A DNA stretch of 64,000 nt from Candidatus Latescibacterota bacterium (GCA_965222605.1 OZ244960.1:448001-512000), one strand, 5' to 3'. Shown: positions 1-10,639, counted from the stretch's first letter. Notes: generated by a model not told the origin, from the letters alone. Translations and numbers: made by a program.

Positions 1-1
1 T

Positions 2-439
2 AATTATTATTACCAGAGAGACTCCTGGCTACCAGGAAAAGAAGAATCAAAGGGATTCCTCCAGAACGGCAAGCGGCACGGCCATTGGGCTGGGTCTCAC
101 CCGTATGGAAATTGGGAAGGTTCTTATATGAACGGCCGTCGGCATGGTCACTGGTTCTTTCATTATGGGGAACCATATTATCCGCACGAAGAGGAAGGTC
201 CTTATGTGAACGGAAAAAGGCACGGACAATGGATCGAGCGTCAGCGGGACGGGCGAGAAGGAGGCGGCTCTTATGTGGATGGCAAGAAACACGGACAATG
301 GGTGGAACCTTTCGGTAACGGACAATCGGAAGGCTCTTATGTGGATGGCAAGAAACACGGACAATGGATCGTACGTTATTCGGACGGGACCACGAGAACA
401 AGAACCTATGTAAACGGCCATTTTCAGGGAGAACAGTGA
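2..439 (+). CDS. MORN-like (YxxGKxHGxW) repeat protein, 5'-truncated by the window edge
   Basis: The frame of ORF 128..439 is open back to position 2 (NYYYQRDSWLPGKEESKGFLQNGKRHGHW...). It has repeated EGxYVxGKxHGxW units. Confidence 0.85.
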   Translation, partial: NYYYQRDSWLPGKEESKGFLQNGKRHGHWAGSHPYGNWEGSYMNGRRHGHWFFHYGEPYYPHEEEGPYVNGKRHGQWIERQRDGREGGGSYVDGKKHGQWVEPFGNGQSEGSYVDGKKHGQWIVRYSDGTTRTRTYVNGHFQGEQ

Positions 440-574
440 TAGGGCGCGATGATTGAGCAGATGACCAAAACGACTGGATTACTAATCTTGTGCTGCGCGT
501 GGCGGCTCAAACCATAGCCTGCCCCTGCCAGCATGCCCTTTTAGGACGGATTGATTGATACAAGGAGAGACACC

Positions 575-2149
575 ATGAGAGTAGTATTCAGGAGTTTTTT
601 CATTGTAGTTTTGTTGGGATTTTTCGCGGCGGCATCTGCCCAACTGCCGCTAAAGATTATGGCAGATAAACATCTGATTCATGCAGAACAGTTATATGCC
701 GCAAAAGACTATACGGGTGCCTTCAATGTGATGGAACAGATCATAGCGCTGCAAAAAGAGCACAATCTCACATTATCAGACGATTTTCACTTCAAGTATG
801 CACAGGTGGCCTTGTCAGTAGATTCCACCCGAATTGCGCTTGAGTCGGTGAACAAGTATCTATCGGCAACAGGGAAAGAGGGACAGTTCTACAAGGAGGC
901 ACTGGCGTTGTTGCTCAAGGCAGAAGGGCATGAGGTCCTGTCTGAGGAGGATTTCTACAATGAGGTCATCAAAACTGAGGGAACATGTGAGGGATTGCCG
1001 GTAGGTTCGAGTTGTTGGATGGAGTTGACCAACCATCCTGAATGCTACTTCTGGAACGACGACCTCAAAGAAGACGAGACCGCGATATGGGCAGGCAAGT
1101 GTTCAGGTCACTTGCCCGATGGTAAAGGGACACTCACACAGGATTATATTTGGCGTTGGGCCGGAGCCCCAGACGAACCGATAAAAAACAGTGTAAAAAA
1201 TACAGGGTCCTTCCAGAAAGGCAAGAAGCACGGCCAATGGGTCGCATCTTACTCGGACGGAAGCGAGGAAGGCTCCTATGTGAAGGGCAAGAAACACGGA
1301 CAATGGGTCACGTTTGAACGATCTGACGGCGACGAGTATTTCTCAAGAATTTCCTATGTAAACGGCAAGAGACACGGTTACTGGGTGCGGAGTCACGGGT
1401 ACGTAAAATCCGACGATTTGAGTGTAGTTGAAGGGCTTGATTTAGACGGCGAGGAACTCGACGCTTGGGGAGGCTATATGCGCCCAGACTGGTCCGTAGA
1501 GGTGGAAAGCCCTGATGAGAACGGCAACGGCCACCTAATCTATCGTAACTCGGACGGGGCCGTATGGGGAGGTGCTTATGTGAACGGCAAGAGACACGGA
1601 CAATGGATCGAGAGGACTGTTTGGCACCTCGACCAGGACAAGGACACGGTGGGAGAAGGTTCCTATGTGAACGGCAAGGCGCACGGACACTGGGTCTATC
1701 GTTACCCGGACGGGGTTGTATCTGAAGTCCCCTGTGTGAACGGCAAGTGGCACGGACACTGGGTCGGACGTGACTCGAGCGGGACTGTAGTCTCAAAAGG
1801 CTCTTATGTAGACGGCCAGAGGCACGGACACTGGGTCGCCAGGATCACTGATAATATTGACAAGCGTTTTGATGATATTGAGAAGCGTTTTCTAGGAGAG
1901 GGCTCTTATGTCGAGCGTTTTGTAGGAGAAGGCTCTTATGTGGAAAGTCTGTGGCCAGAGAAACACGGCCAATGGGTCTATCGCCATCCGAACGGAGACA
2001 TATTAAAAGTTGAATATAAATACGGATATAGACGATCCCCATTTTTATGGTATGATTATGATGAGGAGAAATGCTGGTCCTTCTACTGGTCCGACGACGT
2101 ACAAGAAATAAAAAAGAAAAAGGTAAATAAAAAAAGATGTCTCGAATAG
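575..2149 (+). CDS. Secreted protein: signal peptide, conserved helical (TPR-like) N-module, Cys-rich linker, MORN-like repeats
   Basis: RBS AGGAGA precedes ATG 575. Signal peptide ends ASA|QLP. About 9 YVxGKxHGxW repeats follow. Confidence 0.85.
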   Translation: MRVVFRSFFIVVLLGFFAAASAQLPLKIMADKHLIHAEQLYAAKDYTGAFNVMEQIIALQKEHNLTLSDDFHFKYAQVALSVDSTRIALESVNKYLSATGKEGQFYKEALALLLKAEGHEVLSEEDFYNEVIKTEGTCEGLPVGSSCWMELTNHPECYFWNDDLKEDETAIWAGKCSGHLPDGKGTLTQDYIWRWAGAPDEPIKNSVKNTGSFQKGKKHGQWVASYSDGSEEGSYVKGKKHGQWVTFERSDGDEYFSRISYVNGKRHGYWVRSHGYVKSDDLSVVEGLDLDGEELDAWGGYMRPDWSVEVESPDENGNGHLIYRNSDGAVWGGAYVNGKRHGQWIERTVWHLDQDKDTVGEGSYVNGKAHGHWVYRYPDGVVSEVPCVNGKWHGHWVGRDSSGTVVSKGSYVDGQRHGHWVARITDNIDKRFDDIEKRFLGEGSYVERFVGEGSYVESLWPEKHGQWVYRHPNGDILKVEYKYGYRRSPFLWYDYDEEKCWSFYWSDDVQEIKKKKVNKKRCLE

Positions 2150-2159
2150 TAATGGTGAA

Positions 2160-2600
2160 CGAATCAGGTGTATTTATGCAACCAGCCAGAGAGCACCAAT
2201 GATGTGATTTGAAATAGATCAACAGTGCTGTGGTGCCTGGTGTTCACCAGGTTTGCCGCGGCCGATCCATAGAAAAGACCTGGAGCGATTGATGCAGGCG
2301 ATTCGGAGGTCAAAGCCGCGAGAACGCCTGCTCGCCGAAACCGAACTTCGGAAGGTAGATACTCGGAAAGTAAGGCGGCCGGACCAAGATCCGTGCGTTG
2401 AAGCTTTGGGACAGGGAATGCGAAAAGACGGTCGCTGGCGAACCGTTTCGCACTCGTGAGAAAGGCATGTTGAAGTTCTCAATGGTGGATGTCCAGCAGG
2501 GCTATGGCCTGATTGCCAAGACTCCGCCGAATGAGAATCACGAAAACAAGATTGTCTTCAATGGGCTAAACGATATTAAAATATCCGAAACTGAGGCGGG
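2160..2600 (+). pseudogene. Degenerate remnant, possibly the start of a ComEC/MBL-fold hydrolase; second copy at 11600-11902
   Basis: Frameshifted fragments include MLKFSMVDVQQGYGLIAKTP, resembling the hhhDVGQGD first motif. The sequence is nearly duplicated downstream of gene 10640..11599. Confidence 0.4.
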
Positions 2601-3052
2601 TCTGGAAAAGCCCTTATGTGGACGGCGATAAGCACGGGCAATGGGTCGTTCGTGAACTGGCCGTAACCACCTGGACAGAGACCCATGAACGGCCGTAGGC
2701 TGTGGACGGATTAGCCTTTGCAGAAGCGTTTGTGGACAAGGAAAGCCGTCCATGCTCTGGATCAAGCGTTGCTGCGCCCATGTTTCAGCATGTTCTTAGA
2801 ATACCCACTCAAGCCCAGGAGGATCGAGAATGAAGAGATAGGAGATAGGAACTGAGAACCCCGGAGAGCGGATGAAAAGCTCGATGAACGTACTCAGGAT
2901 ATGGAAGAGGCTGGGCAGTTCAACGAACACGAACAGCCTCCCGAAGGATTTGATCGTATTACCCAGATATTTGGCGACGCTGATACAGTGCGGTATTGGC
3001 TAACCGTGCCAAACGACGCGATCGATGTAGCGGAACCGTTTGCCCTTCTTAA

Positions 3053-4759
3053 CCCGAAAAATTCATAAAAAAGGTAGTTTCCCTATTCAAGCCATTGTAT
3101 TATATTAGGTTACACTCATAACCATTGAACAATGAACTTGGGAGAAACTACCGTGAACACACAAGATAATCATTGCAAGGTTCCTTTGGCAAGCATTTTC
3201 GGCAAACGTCTCAACCTCGCCTTTGATGGGGGCATCCTCACCAGCGATAGCGGAGCCTTATTGCTTCGAGAAGTGGAGGCCAAAACGGGTATTTTATCAC
3301 GTTTGAGTCGCGCGATTAAAGACCATCGGCATCAAAGTTATGTGGCGCATAGCACGGCAGAGTTGATCAAACAGCGCGTGTTTCAAATTGCCTGTGGGTA
3401 TGAAGATGCCAATGATTGCAATGCCTTACGCAGCGATCCCGGCTTCAAGGTTGCCTGTGATCGCTTGCCCATAAGTGGTGAGAACTTGGCCAGTCAACCC
3501 ACGATGAGTCGGTTTGAGAATCAGATGAGCAGAAGCGATTTGTATCGCGTTGCTCGTGCCTTTGTCGATTGTTTTATTGCTTCGTATAAAAAGCCGCCTT
3601 CGTCGATCATCTTAGATATTGATGATACGCAGGATAGGGTTTATGGGACGCAGCAGTTGTCCTTATTCAATGGGTATTTGGGTGCCTACTGCTACCAGCC
3701 TTTGCATATTTATGAAGGGCAATCGGGCAAGCTAATCACGACGATTTTACGTCCGGGTGTGCGTCCTGATGGCAAACAGATTGTCACCATTCTCAAGCGG
3801 TTAGTCGCTTATATTCGTCAGGCTTGGCCAAAGGTGGCACTCTTTTTGCGAGGCGATGCCCACTTCTCAAGTCCAGAAGTCCAGGACTTTTGTGCGACAA
3901 AGGACCTCTTTTTTATCCTCGGACAAAGTGCCAATACCCGACTCTTAGCCCTTTCAAAGCCCCTGATGGATCAGACCAAAAGCCTTTATGCACAAACCGG
4001 CAAGCCCGTGCGACTTTTTACCTCATTTTATTACCAAGCCCAGACTTGGGCCTGTGCCAGACGCATCTTATGCAAAGCTGAAATCACCACCCGAGGCCAA
4101 AACACACGCTTTGTCGTGACCAACCTTGAAAGTTCAAGGGCCTCCTTTATCTACCAAAATGTCTATTGTGCTCGCGGACAGATGGAAAACTTCATTAAAA
4201 ATCACAAAACCTTTCTCCACTCAGACCGCACATCCTGTCACGCTTTTGGAGCCAATCAGTTCCGCCTCTTCCTCCATTCGGCTGCCTATGTCTTGTTGCA
4301 CACCTTAGCGCACATCGGATTACAAGGCACAACGTGGATAAACGCACAGGTCAATACCCTCCAAAATCGCTTCCTTAAAGTCGCCGGACGCGTCTGTGAG
4401 TTGAAAACAAAGATCACCTTCCATCTGCCTATGTCATTTCCATTGCCACACCTTTTTGATAAAATCCTGTGCAATCTGGCAAAGGCGGTGCCATAACCCA
4501 TCAACGGGGCAGGAATAGGGGTCTGTCCCATCACTTGCTGACTTTACAAATACACGGACTTATCCACAGACAGGACTGGCAAGGGACCGGTCTGTACTTT
4601 TGACACTGGCAGAGCCAGTCAGGGGACGATTTGGGCTGCTTGAACTCTATGAAGACGCCTATGACGGCAGACAAGATAGAAGGCACCCTAATTTTGATGC
4701 TTGGAACCGATGCCGCCTGACAAACAACCCCAACGATTACAGTTCATGAATTAGTCGGG
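3053..4759 (+). mobile_element. IS1380-family insertion sequence (1707 bp)
   Basis: Terminal inverted repeats CCCGAAAAATTCAT and ATGAATTAGTCGGG match 12/14. TTAA target duplication at 3049-3052 and 4760-4763. Single transposase ORF. Confidence 0.92.
3132..4496 (+). CDS. IS1380-family DDE transposase
   Basis: Motifs FDGGxLTSDSG, GYEDANDC, LASQPTMSRFEN, LDIDDT, LRGDAHF, YCARGQMENFIK. Confidence 0.93.
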   Translation: MNLGETTVNTQDNHCKVPLASIFGKRLNLAFDGGILTSDSGALLLREVEAKTGILSRLSRAIKDHRHQSYVAHSTAELIKQRVFQIACGYEDANDCNALRSDPGFKVACDRLPISGENLASQPTMSRFENQMSRSDLYRVARAFVDCFIASYKKPPSSIILDIDDTQDRVYGTQQLSLFNGYLGAYCYQPLHIYEGQSGKLITTILRPGVRPDGKQIVTILKRLVAYIRQAWPKVALFLRGDAHFSSPEVQDFCATKDLFFILGQSANTRLLALSKPLMDQTKSLYAQTGKPVRLFTSFYYQAQTWACARRILCKAEITTRGQNTRFVVTNLESSRASFIYQNVYCARGQMENFIKNHKTFLHSDRTSCHAFGANQFRLFLHSAAYVLLHTLAHIGLQGTTWINAQVNTLQNRFLKVAGRVCELKTKITFHLPMSFPLPHLFDKILCNLAKAVP

Positions 4760-5041
4760 TTAAAAAAGGAGATGTCGACCGCGTTGCGGCTGCCGCTAAA
4801 GGGTATCTCCAGGGTGACTTTGCAGGATAACCGGCTACTTCTACTTTAACCGAAGCTGGTCTGGTGATCGCAAGCAGATCTTCATTTATCGCAAGCAGAT
4901 CTTTCACAATGTCCATACAGATGCCCTGTAAGGTAGCGGAAAATGATCAACTACTGAAGTCCAATCTGCTCATCTCGTTTTGTCTAACCACAGAATCGCG
5001 GCTTCAAAACGAGTTTACACCCTTAAATAGAAGGATATGTT

Positions 5042-6007
5042 ATGACCACTCAAAATACACCCGTCTGGTCTTCTCGCACTTTTGAAACGCTTGATCAATG
5101 TCTTACTTTTGTTCAGCAGAAACATCAGCAGAAATCTATTCAAGGCCTTGTAAAGGATATGGCTACGGGCGAAGAGTCTGAAGGCCCAATACCGTCTTAT
5201 CTCTTTCGTGGTGAAGTTGGTTGGTTCTGCGAATGTTTGTCACGTATGGAAAGAGTCCGTCGCGGGCATTTCTGCGGTGTTACCGAGGCAGAACTAAAAC
5301 CTATCGAAAAAGACACGGATAACTATTTTAAGAAGCAACTTGCCAAATATAAGATCGACATTTTCCCCAAAGGATTGATGCAACATTATGGATTTCCCAC
5401 AGACCTGATTGATGCAAGCGATTCAATTCATACTGCGGCTTTCTTCGCTCGCCTAGAAGCAGGAGATGTCGCCAAGGGTGCGTTTGCAGTATTCGATATG
5501 AAGAAGCTTGTTCAGAGCAGCCCAGTTTTTGATCTTCGTGGGCATCCGATGGCAGTTCGGCCAAGGCGTCAAAAAGCATATGCGATCTATCATCGCCAAC
5601 ATTCAGATTTGAAGGATAAGAAAGCAATGTCGGATATGGGAATAACCTGGTATACCTTCCGGACAGACCCTTGCGAAAATTCGCGTGTCAAGAATGGTGA
5701 ATCTTTGCTTTCAGTATCAGACGATGAAACTGCCGGGTTATTGCGATTGAGCCTAGATGATAGCATTGAGAAGCAGCAGAAAGTGACACACCTAGTCGCG
5801 GAGTACTTGGCTAATCGGATCGCACACTGCCCTCTGGTTGCACAAGTAAAAACTTGGCAGCAACCAGGTCAACCCGGAGAAATAGAGCTAATAACACCAA
5901 AAAAGGCAGGGATATCGATCAACAATCAATCAGAAATTAACAAGTCTATCAAACTTTGGTCACGCAAACATCCGAACTGCGTGGATAGAGCCATAGACTT
6001 TCTGTAA
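5042..6007 (+). CDS. FRG domain-containing protein
   Basis: Motifs YLFRGE and LMQHYGFPTDLID...AAFFA. Confidence 0.8.
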   Translation: MTTQNTPVWSSRTFETLDQCLTFVQQKHQQKSIQGLVKDMATGEESEGPIPSYLFRGEVGWFCECLSRMERVRRGHFCGVTEAELKPIEKDTDNYFKKQLAKYKIDIFPKGLMQHYGFPTDLIDASDSIHTAAFFARLEAGDVAKGAFAVFDMKKLVQSSPVFDLRGHPMAVRPRRQKAYAIYHRQHSDLKDKKAMSDMGITWYTFRTDPCENSRVKNGESLLSVSDDETAGLLRLSLDDSIEKQQKVTHLVAEYLANRIAHCPLVAQVKTWQQPGQPGEIELITPKKAGISINNQSEINKSIKLWSRKHPNCVDRAIDFL

Positions 6008-6214
6008 AAAGCAAAAACTCAGTGATTGCACAATGGGTTGGGTAAGCTATCTTTCATTTCCTTGATTGTTCTTGGACTGGCGTCTTCCGAGACTATCTAC
6101 TTTTGGAATTGCCCGTTCAGGAACTGGCACCCCATTCCTGTCTGCGTGTACGCACAAGCAGATCAGCAAAGACTTTTCGAGCTGTTCTGGAGAACGCGGC
6201 GCGACATTCGGCTT

Positions 6215-6552
6215 ATCGTGCGGTCAGTGGTTCGGGCATATTGGCAAATCGGTTATCTAATTGTGGAACATGAACAGGCCGGTCAGGTGCGTGCTGAATA
6301 CGGGAGGGCGGTATTGCGCGGCCTTTCTGATCTCCTCACACAAGAATTTGGTCGGGGATATTCCATCCAGGCCCTACGCAACATGCGACAATTTTACCGA
6401 ACCTTTTCAAAACGCTCCGCACTGCGGAGCGAATCTCTCCAAAGTCAAAGGCGACAATCCCACTATCGGCCTTATTCTTTGTTCCAAAAAGAATGAAGCA
6501 ATTGCTCGATATTCCGTGCTCAGTGACAACAAACAACTATTCGCCTCGAAGA
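6215..6552 (+). pseudogene. DUF1016/YhcG (PDDEXK) remnant with internal deletion and frameshift
   Basis: The N-terminal piece YWQIGYLIVEHEQAGQVRAEYG...FGRGYS...LRNMRQFY joins, in another frame, the extreme C-terminal piece GDNPTIGLILCSKKNEAIARYSV...QLFASK. Confidence 0.75.
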
Positions 6553-6810
6553 CAATACAAAAGCCCGTTGATCATTACCGATCGACAGGCTTTCTTTTAG
6601 TTTTCCAAGATACCGGCACACCGCATACAAGATATTGTAGAATGCGTTGGCCGAAGAAATACAATATATAGACGCGCCACACCTACGTCGATTTCTCTAC
6701 GCCTGTGAAATTGCCGCTGCGCGAATGATATGCAAAATCGGGCTTGATAAATTCGATTCTCAATGTACCTTCATTGTCTCTACTATCCCACGAATACTGA
6801 GGACACTTTA

Positions 6811-7398
6811 ATGGCTGGCAAACAGAATCATGGAGAACGCTGGGACGCGGATGCAATGATCAGGAACGCGAAGGCGTTGCAGCGTGTGGTGATGGAATTG
6901 GAAAAGAACAAGCCCAAACCTTCCCCATCGGACGGGTGGGGCAAATGGGATAGAGGTACAGAGGACCAATTACTCTTCATGGGCAGGTTTTTGGCGGTTC
7001 CCAATCTATTGTCGCTCGCGACAGAGATCGCGCTGAAGGCCTGGCAGTGTCGAGAACGACAAAAGGCTCCTGAACGTACTCATGACTTGCTGAAATTGTT
7101 CCAGAGCCTGGAACAGGACACGCAAGAGATGCTGGAAGCAAGGATGCGGAAACTGAGCCCAGACTCGGTGCGGGCAGACGCACTGAGGATGCAAAACTTG
7201 AGCCCGCTCGAACAAGAAATGTTGGGAGCAAAGATGCATCCTCTTCGTGATGTTCTGCGTTCGCACAGTGACGTGAACATCCGCTGGCGGTACATCCACG
7301 AGGAATCTCGTGGTGCTCAGTTTGAGACAGGTGAAATGGACCTGGCACTAACGGTGATAATTGACGCCTACGAAAAAAGGTGGCGTGTTTTACCCTAA
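6811..7398 (+). CDS. HEPN-like domain protein
   Basis: Pattern ATEIALKA...THDLLKLFQSL...WRYIHE. RBS GAGGA precedes ATG 6811. Confidence 0.6.
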   Translation: MAGKQNHGERWDADAMIRNAKALQRVVMELEKNKPKPSPSDGWGKWDRGTEDQLLFMGRFLAVPNLLSLATEIALKAWQCRERQKAPERTHDLLKLFQSLEQDTQEMLEARMRKLSPDSVRADALRMQNLSPLEQEMLGAKMHPLRDVLRSHSDVNIRWRYIHEESRGAQFETGEMDLALTVIIDAYEKRWRVLP

Positions 7399-7473
7399 CG
7401 CCTGGACGTGTGCGTTTTTGCCACGCCGTACCTGGGCATTGGCGTAACGTCAATTAATGATAGGAGACAAATC

Positions 7474-10149
7474 ATGCAAAGAATGATCAGAAGTATTTTC
7501 ATCCTATGTTTACTGGGCTTCTTCACAGTTGCGTCTGCCCAACTGCCGCCAGAGATCAGGGCGGATGCCTATCTATTGCAAGCGGAACAGGCTATTCGCA
7601 ATGGAGACCTCCACCGAGCACAAGTCGCAATACAAAATATCCTTCGCCTTCAGAAAGAGCACGAACTGGATCTGCAGAATGAGTTTCATTTCAGATACGC
7701 GAAAGCGGCGGACGCCGTAGATTTGTCCGACCAAGTAATCGAATCTGTCTTGAAATATCTGGTGGCATCAGGACGCGAAGGCCAGCACTATGTCGAAGCC
7801 CTGACGTTGATGAATAAGGTACAGGATAGGTCTTCAGAGGGTGTTGTCGCGTCCCAAATATCGCCGAACATCATAGCGGACGCCTACCTTCTGCAAGCGG
7901 AGCAGAGCATTCGCGATGGGGACCTTGATCACGCTCGGATCGTGATACAAAATATTCGCACCCTTCAGGAGCAGCACGAGTTGGTTCTGCCGGATGAGTT
8001 TCATTTCAGATACGCGAAAGCGGCGGACGCCGTAGATTTGTCCGATCAGGCACTCGAATCCGTTGTGAAGTATCTAACGGTATCAGGGCGCGAAGGACAA
8101 CACTATCTTGAAGCTCTGGAGTTGATGAACAAGATGCAGATGGCGGTGAGTTGCAAGGGGTGGGATACGGAAGAATATTTCAAGATAGCGACACTAGAGC
8201 AGGTGACCGCCTGTCTTGACACAGGGATTGACCTGAAGGCGCAGAATGATGCGGGTGCTACGCCCTTACATCAAGCGGCGAAAAATACCGAGAATCCAGA
8301 CATCCTCAAGGTCCTGCTCAATGCTGGTGCCGATCCCAATGCGCGGGAAGAAGATAACTGGACGCCCCTGCATCTGGCGGCCGGGTACAATGAGAATCCG
8401 TCCGCTATTAAGGCACTGATCGATGCTGGTGCCGACAAGGAGGCACAGGACGAAGATAAACGGACGCCTCTGCATGTAGCGGCTGCGAACAACGAGAATC
8501 TGGACATCGTCAAGGTCTTGATTGAGGCTGAAGCCGATCCCAAAGCCCGGGATCATAATAAAAGGACGCTCCTACATTATGCGACTCTGAATAAGAATCC
8601 GTCTGTTGTAGAGTTTCTGCTCAAGGCGGGTGCTGACCCTAAGGCGCAGGACGAAGATAAACGGACACCCCTGCATCTGGCAGCCCAGTACAACGAGAAT
8701 CAGGCCGTTGTCGAGTTCCTGCTCAATGCCGGAGCCGACAAGGAAGCAAGGGACAATGGTAAACGGACACCCCTGCATTATGCGGCTCTGCAGAACAAGA
8801 ATCCGTCCGTTGTAGCGTATCTGATCAAAGTGGGTGCTGACCCTAAGATGCAGAGCGGAGATAAACAGACACCCCTGCATATGGCAGCCAGGAACAACAA
8901 TCCAGACGTCATCAAATTACTGCTCGATGTTGGGGCAGATCTGAAGGCGACGGATAAAAATAAATGGACGCCTCTGCATTATGCGGCAGCGTACAACGAG
9001 AATCCAGATGTCGTCAAGATCTTGATTGAATTAGGAGCCGACCTGAAGAAACGGACTGATGAAAACTTCAGGCCCTTGCATTATGCGGCAGCGTACAACA
9101 AGAATCCGGATGTCGTCAAAACCTTACTCAATGCCGGAGCGGACCTGAAGGCGACGGATAAAACCTTCATGGCTAGGGATATCTACTTTATGTGGACACC
9201 CCTGCATATGGCAGCCAGAACCAACAAGAATCCGAATGTCCTCAAGGTCCTGCTTGATGCCGGAGCCGACCCGAATAGGCAGTCCCTACATGGCACGCCC
9301 TTACATCTGGCGGCGGTAAACGCTGGCAATCCAGATATTCTCAAGATCCTGCTTGATGCTGGGGCTGACTTGAAGAATAGAGCAAAGGGATTTATGGATG
9401 GCGAAACGCCTCTGCATAATGCGGCCGGGTACAACAATCCAGACGTCATCAAATTTCTGCTCAATGTTGGGGCCGACCTGAAGGCGACGGATAAAAACAA
9501 ATGGACGCCCTTGCATTATGCTGCTGCGAACAACGAGAATCCGGATGTCATCAAAACCCTAATCAGTGCCGGAGCCGACCTGAATGTGCAAAATAAGAAG
9601 GGATTTACGCCTCTGGACCTGGCGTTGGAGGACAACGAGAATCCGGACGTTGTCAGGGTTCTGCGCGCTGCCGGAGGCAGTCAGACAAAAATGGCGGGAA
9701 AATCACAGGAAGGAGACGGTTTCGGTAAGGCAGCCGCCGCACTTTTAGGCGGTGCGGCGATTATGTATGCTGGCAAAGACGCTGCAGATCAGGAGGCAGT
9801 CACAGAAGCCGCACGCCAGTTCATGGAAGGTGTGTTAACGGATCAAACTGGTGGGAGTGGGAATACCAACTCGGCTGCGACACCTTCGCAAACCCAGGGT
9901 GGACAAGCGCAAGATCCGATGCAACAGGCACTTCAAAATATCGAGAATGTGTGCGGGGAAAAGTACCAGGGTGATTTTGCGGATAATGACCACTCTCGAT
10001 TTTACTGCATGGCCGCTTTCAATGACTACTGCGCGCTCAAGAGAGCGCAAAGTAGCGATGCCATAAGTAAATTGCGTGCGAGCCTGCAACAGAACTGTGC
10101 GGTTTTGAAAAAAGATGGTTTAGATAGCCGGTGTCCGTACTGCAAATAA
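7474..10149 (+). CDS. Secreted ankyrin-repeat protein with two copies of the conserved N-module and a Cys-rich C-terminal domain
   Basis: Signal peptide ends ASA|QLPPEI. The module AD.YLLQAEQ...EFHFRYAKAA...GREGQHY.EAL is duplicated. About 13 TPLHxAA...LLxAGAD repeats. Confidence 0.92.
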   Translation: MQRMIRSIFILCLLGFFTVASAQLPPEIRADAYLLQAEQAIRNGDLHRAQVAIQNILRLQKEHELDLQNEFHFRYAKAADAVDLSDQVIESVLKYLVASGREGQHYVEALTLMNKVQDRSSEGVVASQISPNIIADAYLLQAEQSIRDGDLDHARIVIQNIRTLQEQHELVLPDEFHFRYAKAADAVDLSDQALESVVKYLTVSGREGQHYLEALELMNKMQMAVSCKGWDTEEYFKIATLEQVTACLDTGIDLKAQNDAGATPLHQAAKNTENPDILKVLLNAGADPNAREEDNWTPLHLAAGYNENPSAIKALIDAGADKEAQDEDKRTPLHVAAANNENLDIVKVLIEAEADPKARDHNKRTLLHYATLNKNPSVVEFLLKAGADPKAQDEDKRTPLHLAAQYNENQAVVEFLLNAGADKEARDNGKRTPLHYAALQNKNPSVVAYLIKVGADPKMQSGDKQTPLHMAARNNNPDVIKLLLDVGADLKATDKNKWTPLHYAAAYNENPDVVKILIELGADLKKRTDENFRPLHYAAAYNKNPDVVKTLLNAGADLKATDKTFMARDIYFMWTPLHMAARTNKNPNVLKVLLDAGADPNRQSLHGTPLHLAAVNAGNPDILKILLDAGADLKNRAKGFMDGETPLHNAAGYNNPDVIKFLLNVGADLKATDKNKWTPLHYAAANNENPDVIKTLISAGADLNVQNKKGFTPLDLALEDNENPDVVRVLRAAGGSQTKMAGKSQEGDGFGKAAAALLGGAAIMYAGKDAADQEAVTEAARQFMEGVLTDQTGGSGNTNSAATPSQTQGGQAQDPMQQALQNIENVCGEKYQGDFADNDHSRFYCMAAFNDYCALKRAQSSDAISKLRASLQQNCAVLKKDGLDSRCPYCK

Positions 10150-10213
10150 CAGAATCACCAACGAAAGGAAGGCACGTTATGTGGGAATCAGATTTTACAG
10201 GGAGGCGAAACCA

Positions 10214-10612
10214 ATGTGGCCTATAATAGTAAAAATCGGCAAGGGTATCTTTAAGACTTTGGCCTTTTTGCTCCGTAATGTAATGGCAATAGTAGCCCTC
10301 ATTATAGCTGGGCTGGCCTATATCAACCAGACTGTAGCTAATAACACACAAAAAATTATAGAAGTTAATCAGGGCATCTCGGCGAAGGTTGAGAGTCTGG
10401 ATGCGACTACCCTGAAGTTGTTGGCACAACAGGATTCTATAAAGAAAATTTTGTTGTCCCAACAAGGCGGGATAGGCAGCCTAAAATTCCAAATTGACTC
10501 GTTAGATGAGTGTATAGACAGGTACTTTCACTCTGTAAACAAGACCTTAAATACACGCTTTTCATATATTGACGGTCGGCTACATGATATAAAAGAAGGC
10601 GCACCGCGATAG
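10214..10612 (+). CDS. Hypothetical membrane-anchored coiled-coil protein
   Basis: RBS GGAGG precedes ATG 10214. One hydrophobic helix followed by a heptad-like region. Confidence 0.55.
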   Translation: MWPIIVKIGKGIFKTLAFLLRNVMAIVALIIAGLAYINQTVANNTQKIIEVNQGISAKVESLDATTLKLLAQQDSIKKILLSQQGGIGSLKFQIDSLDECIDRYFHSVNKTLNTRFSYIDGRLHDIKEGAPR

Positions 10613-10639
10613 CAGGGGTAGCTAATGACAGGAGACATC

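Larger units (their letters stand above)
2901..4830 (+). pseudogene. MbcA/ParS/Xre-type antitoxin C-terminal domain (DUF2384-like), interrupted by IS1380
   Basis: Removing the IS and one TTAA restores RITQIFGDADTVRYWLTVPNDAIDVAEPFALLKKGDVDRVAAAAKGYLQGDFAG*, with the W-L-x-x-P-N...P-x-x-L-L motif. Confidence 0.7.

Noticed and set aside
4867-4903. 16-bp direct repeat ATCGCAAGCAGATCTT
   Set aside because: A single local duplication with no supportable function.
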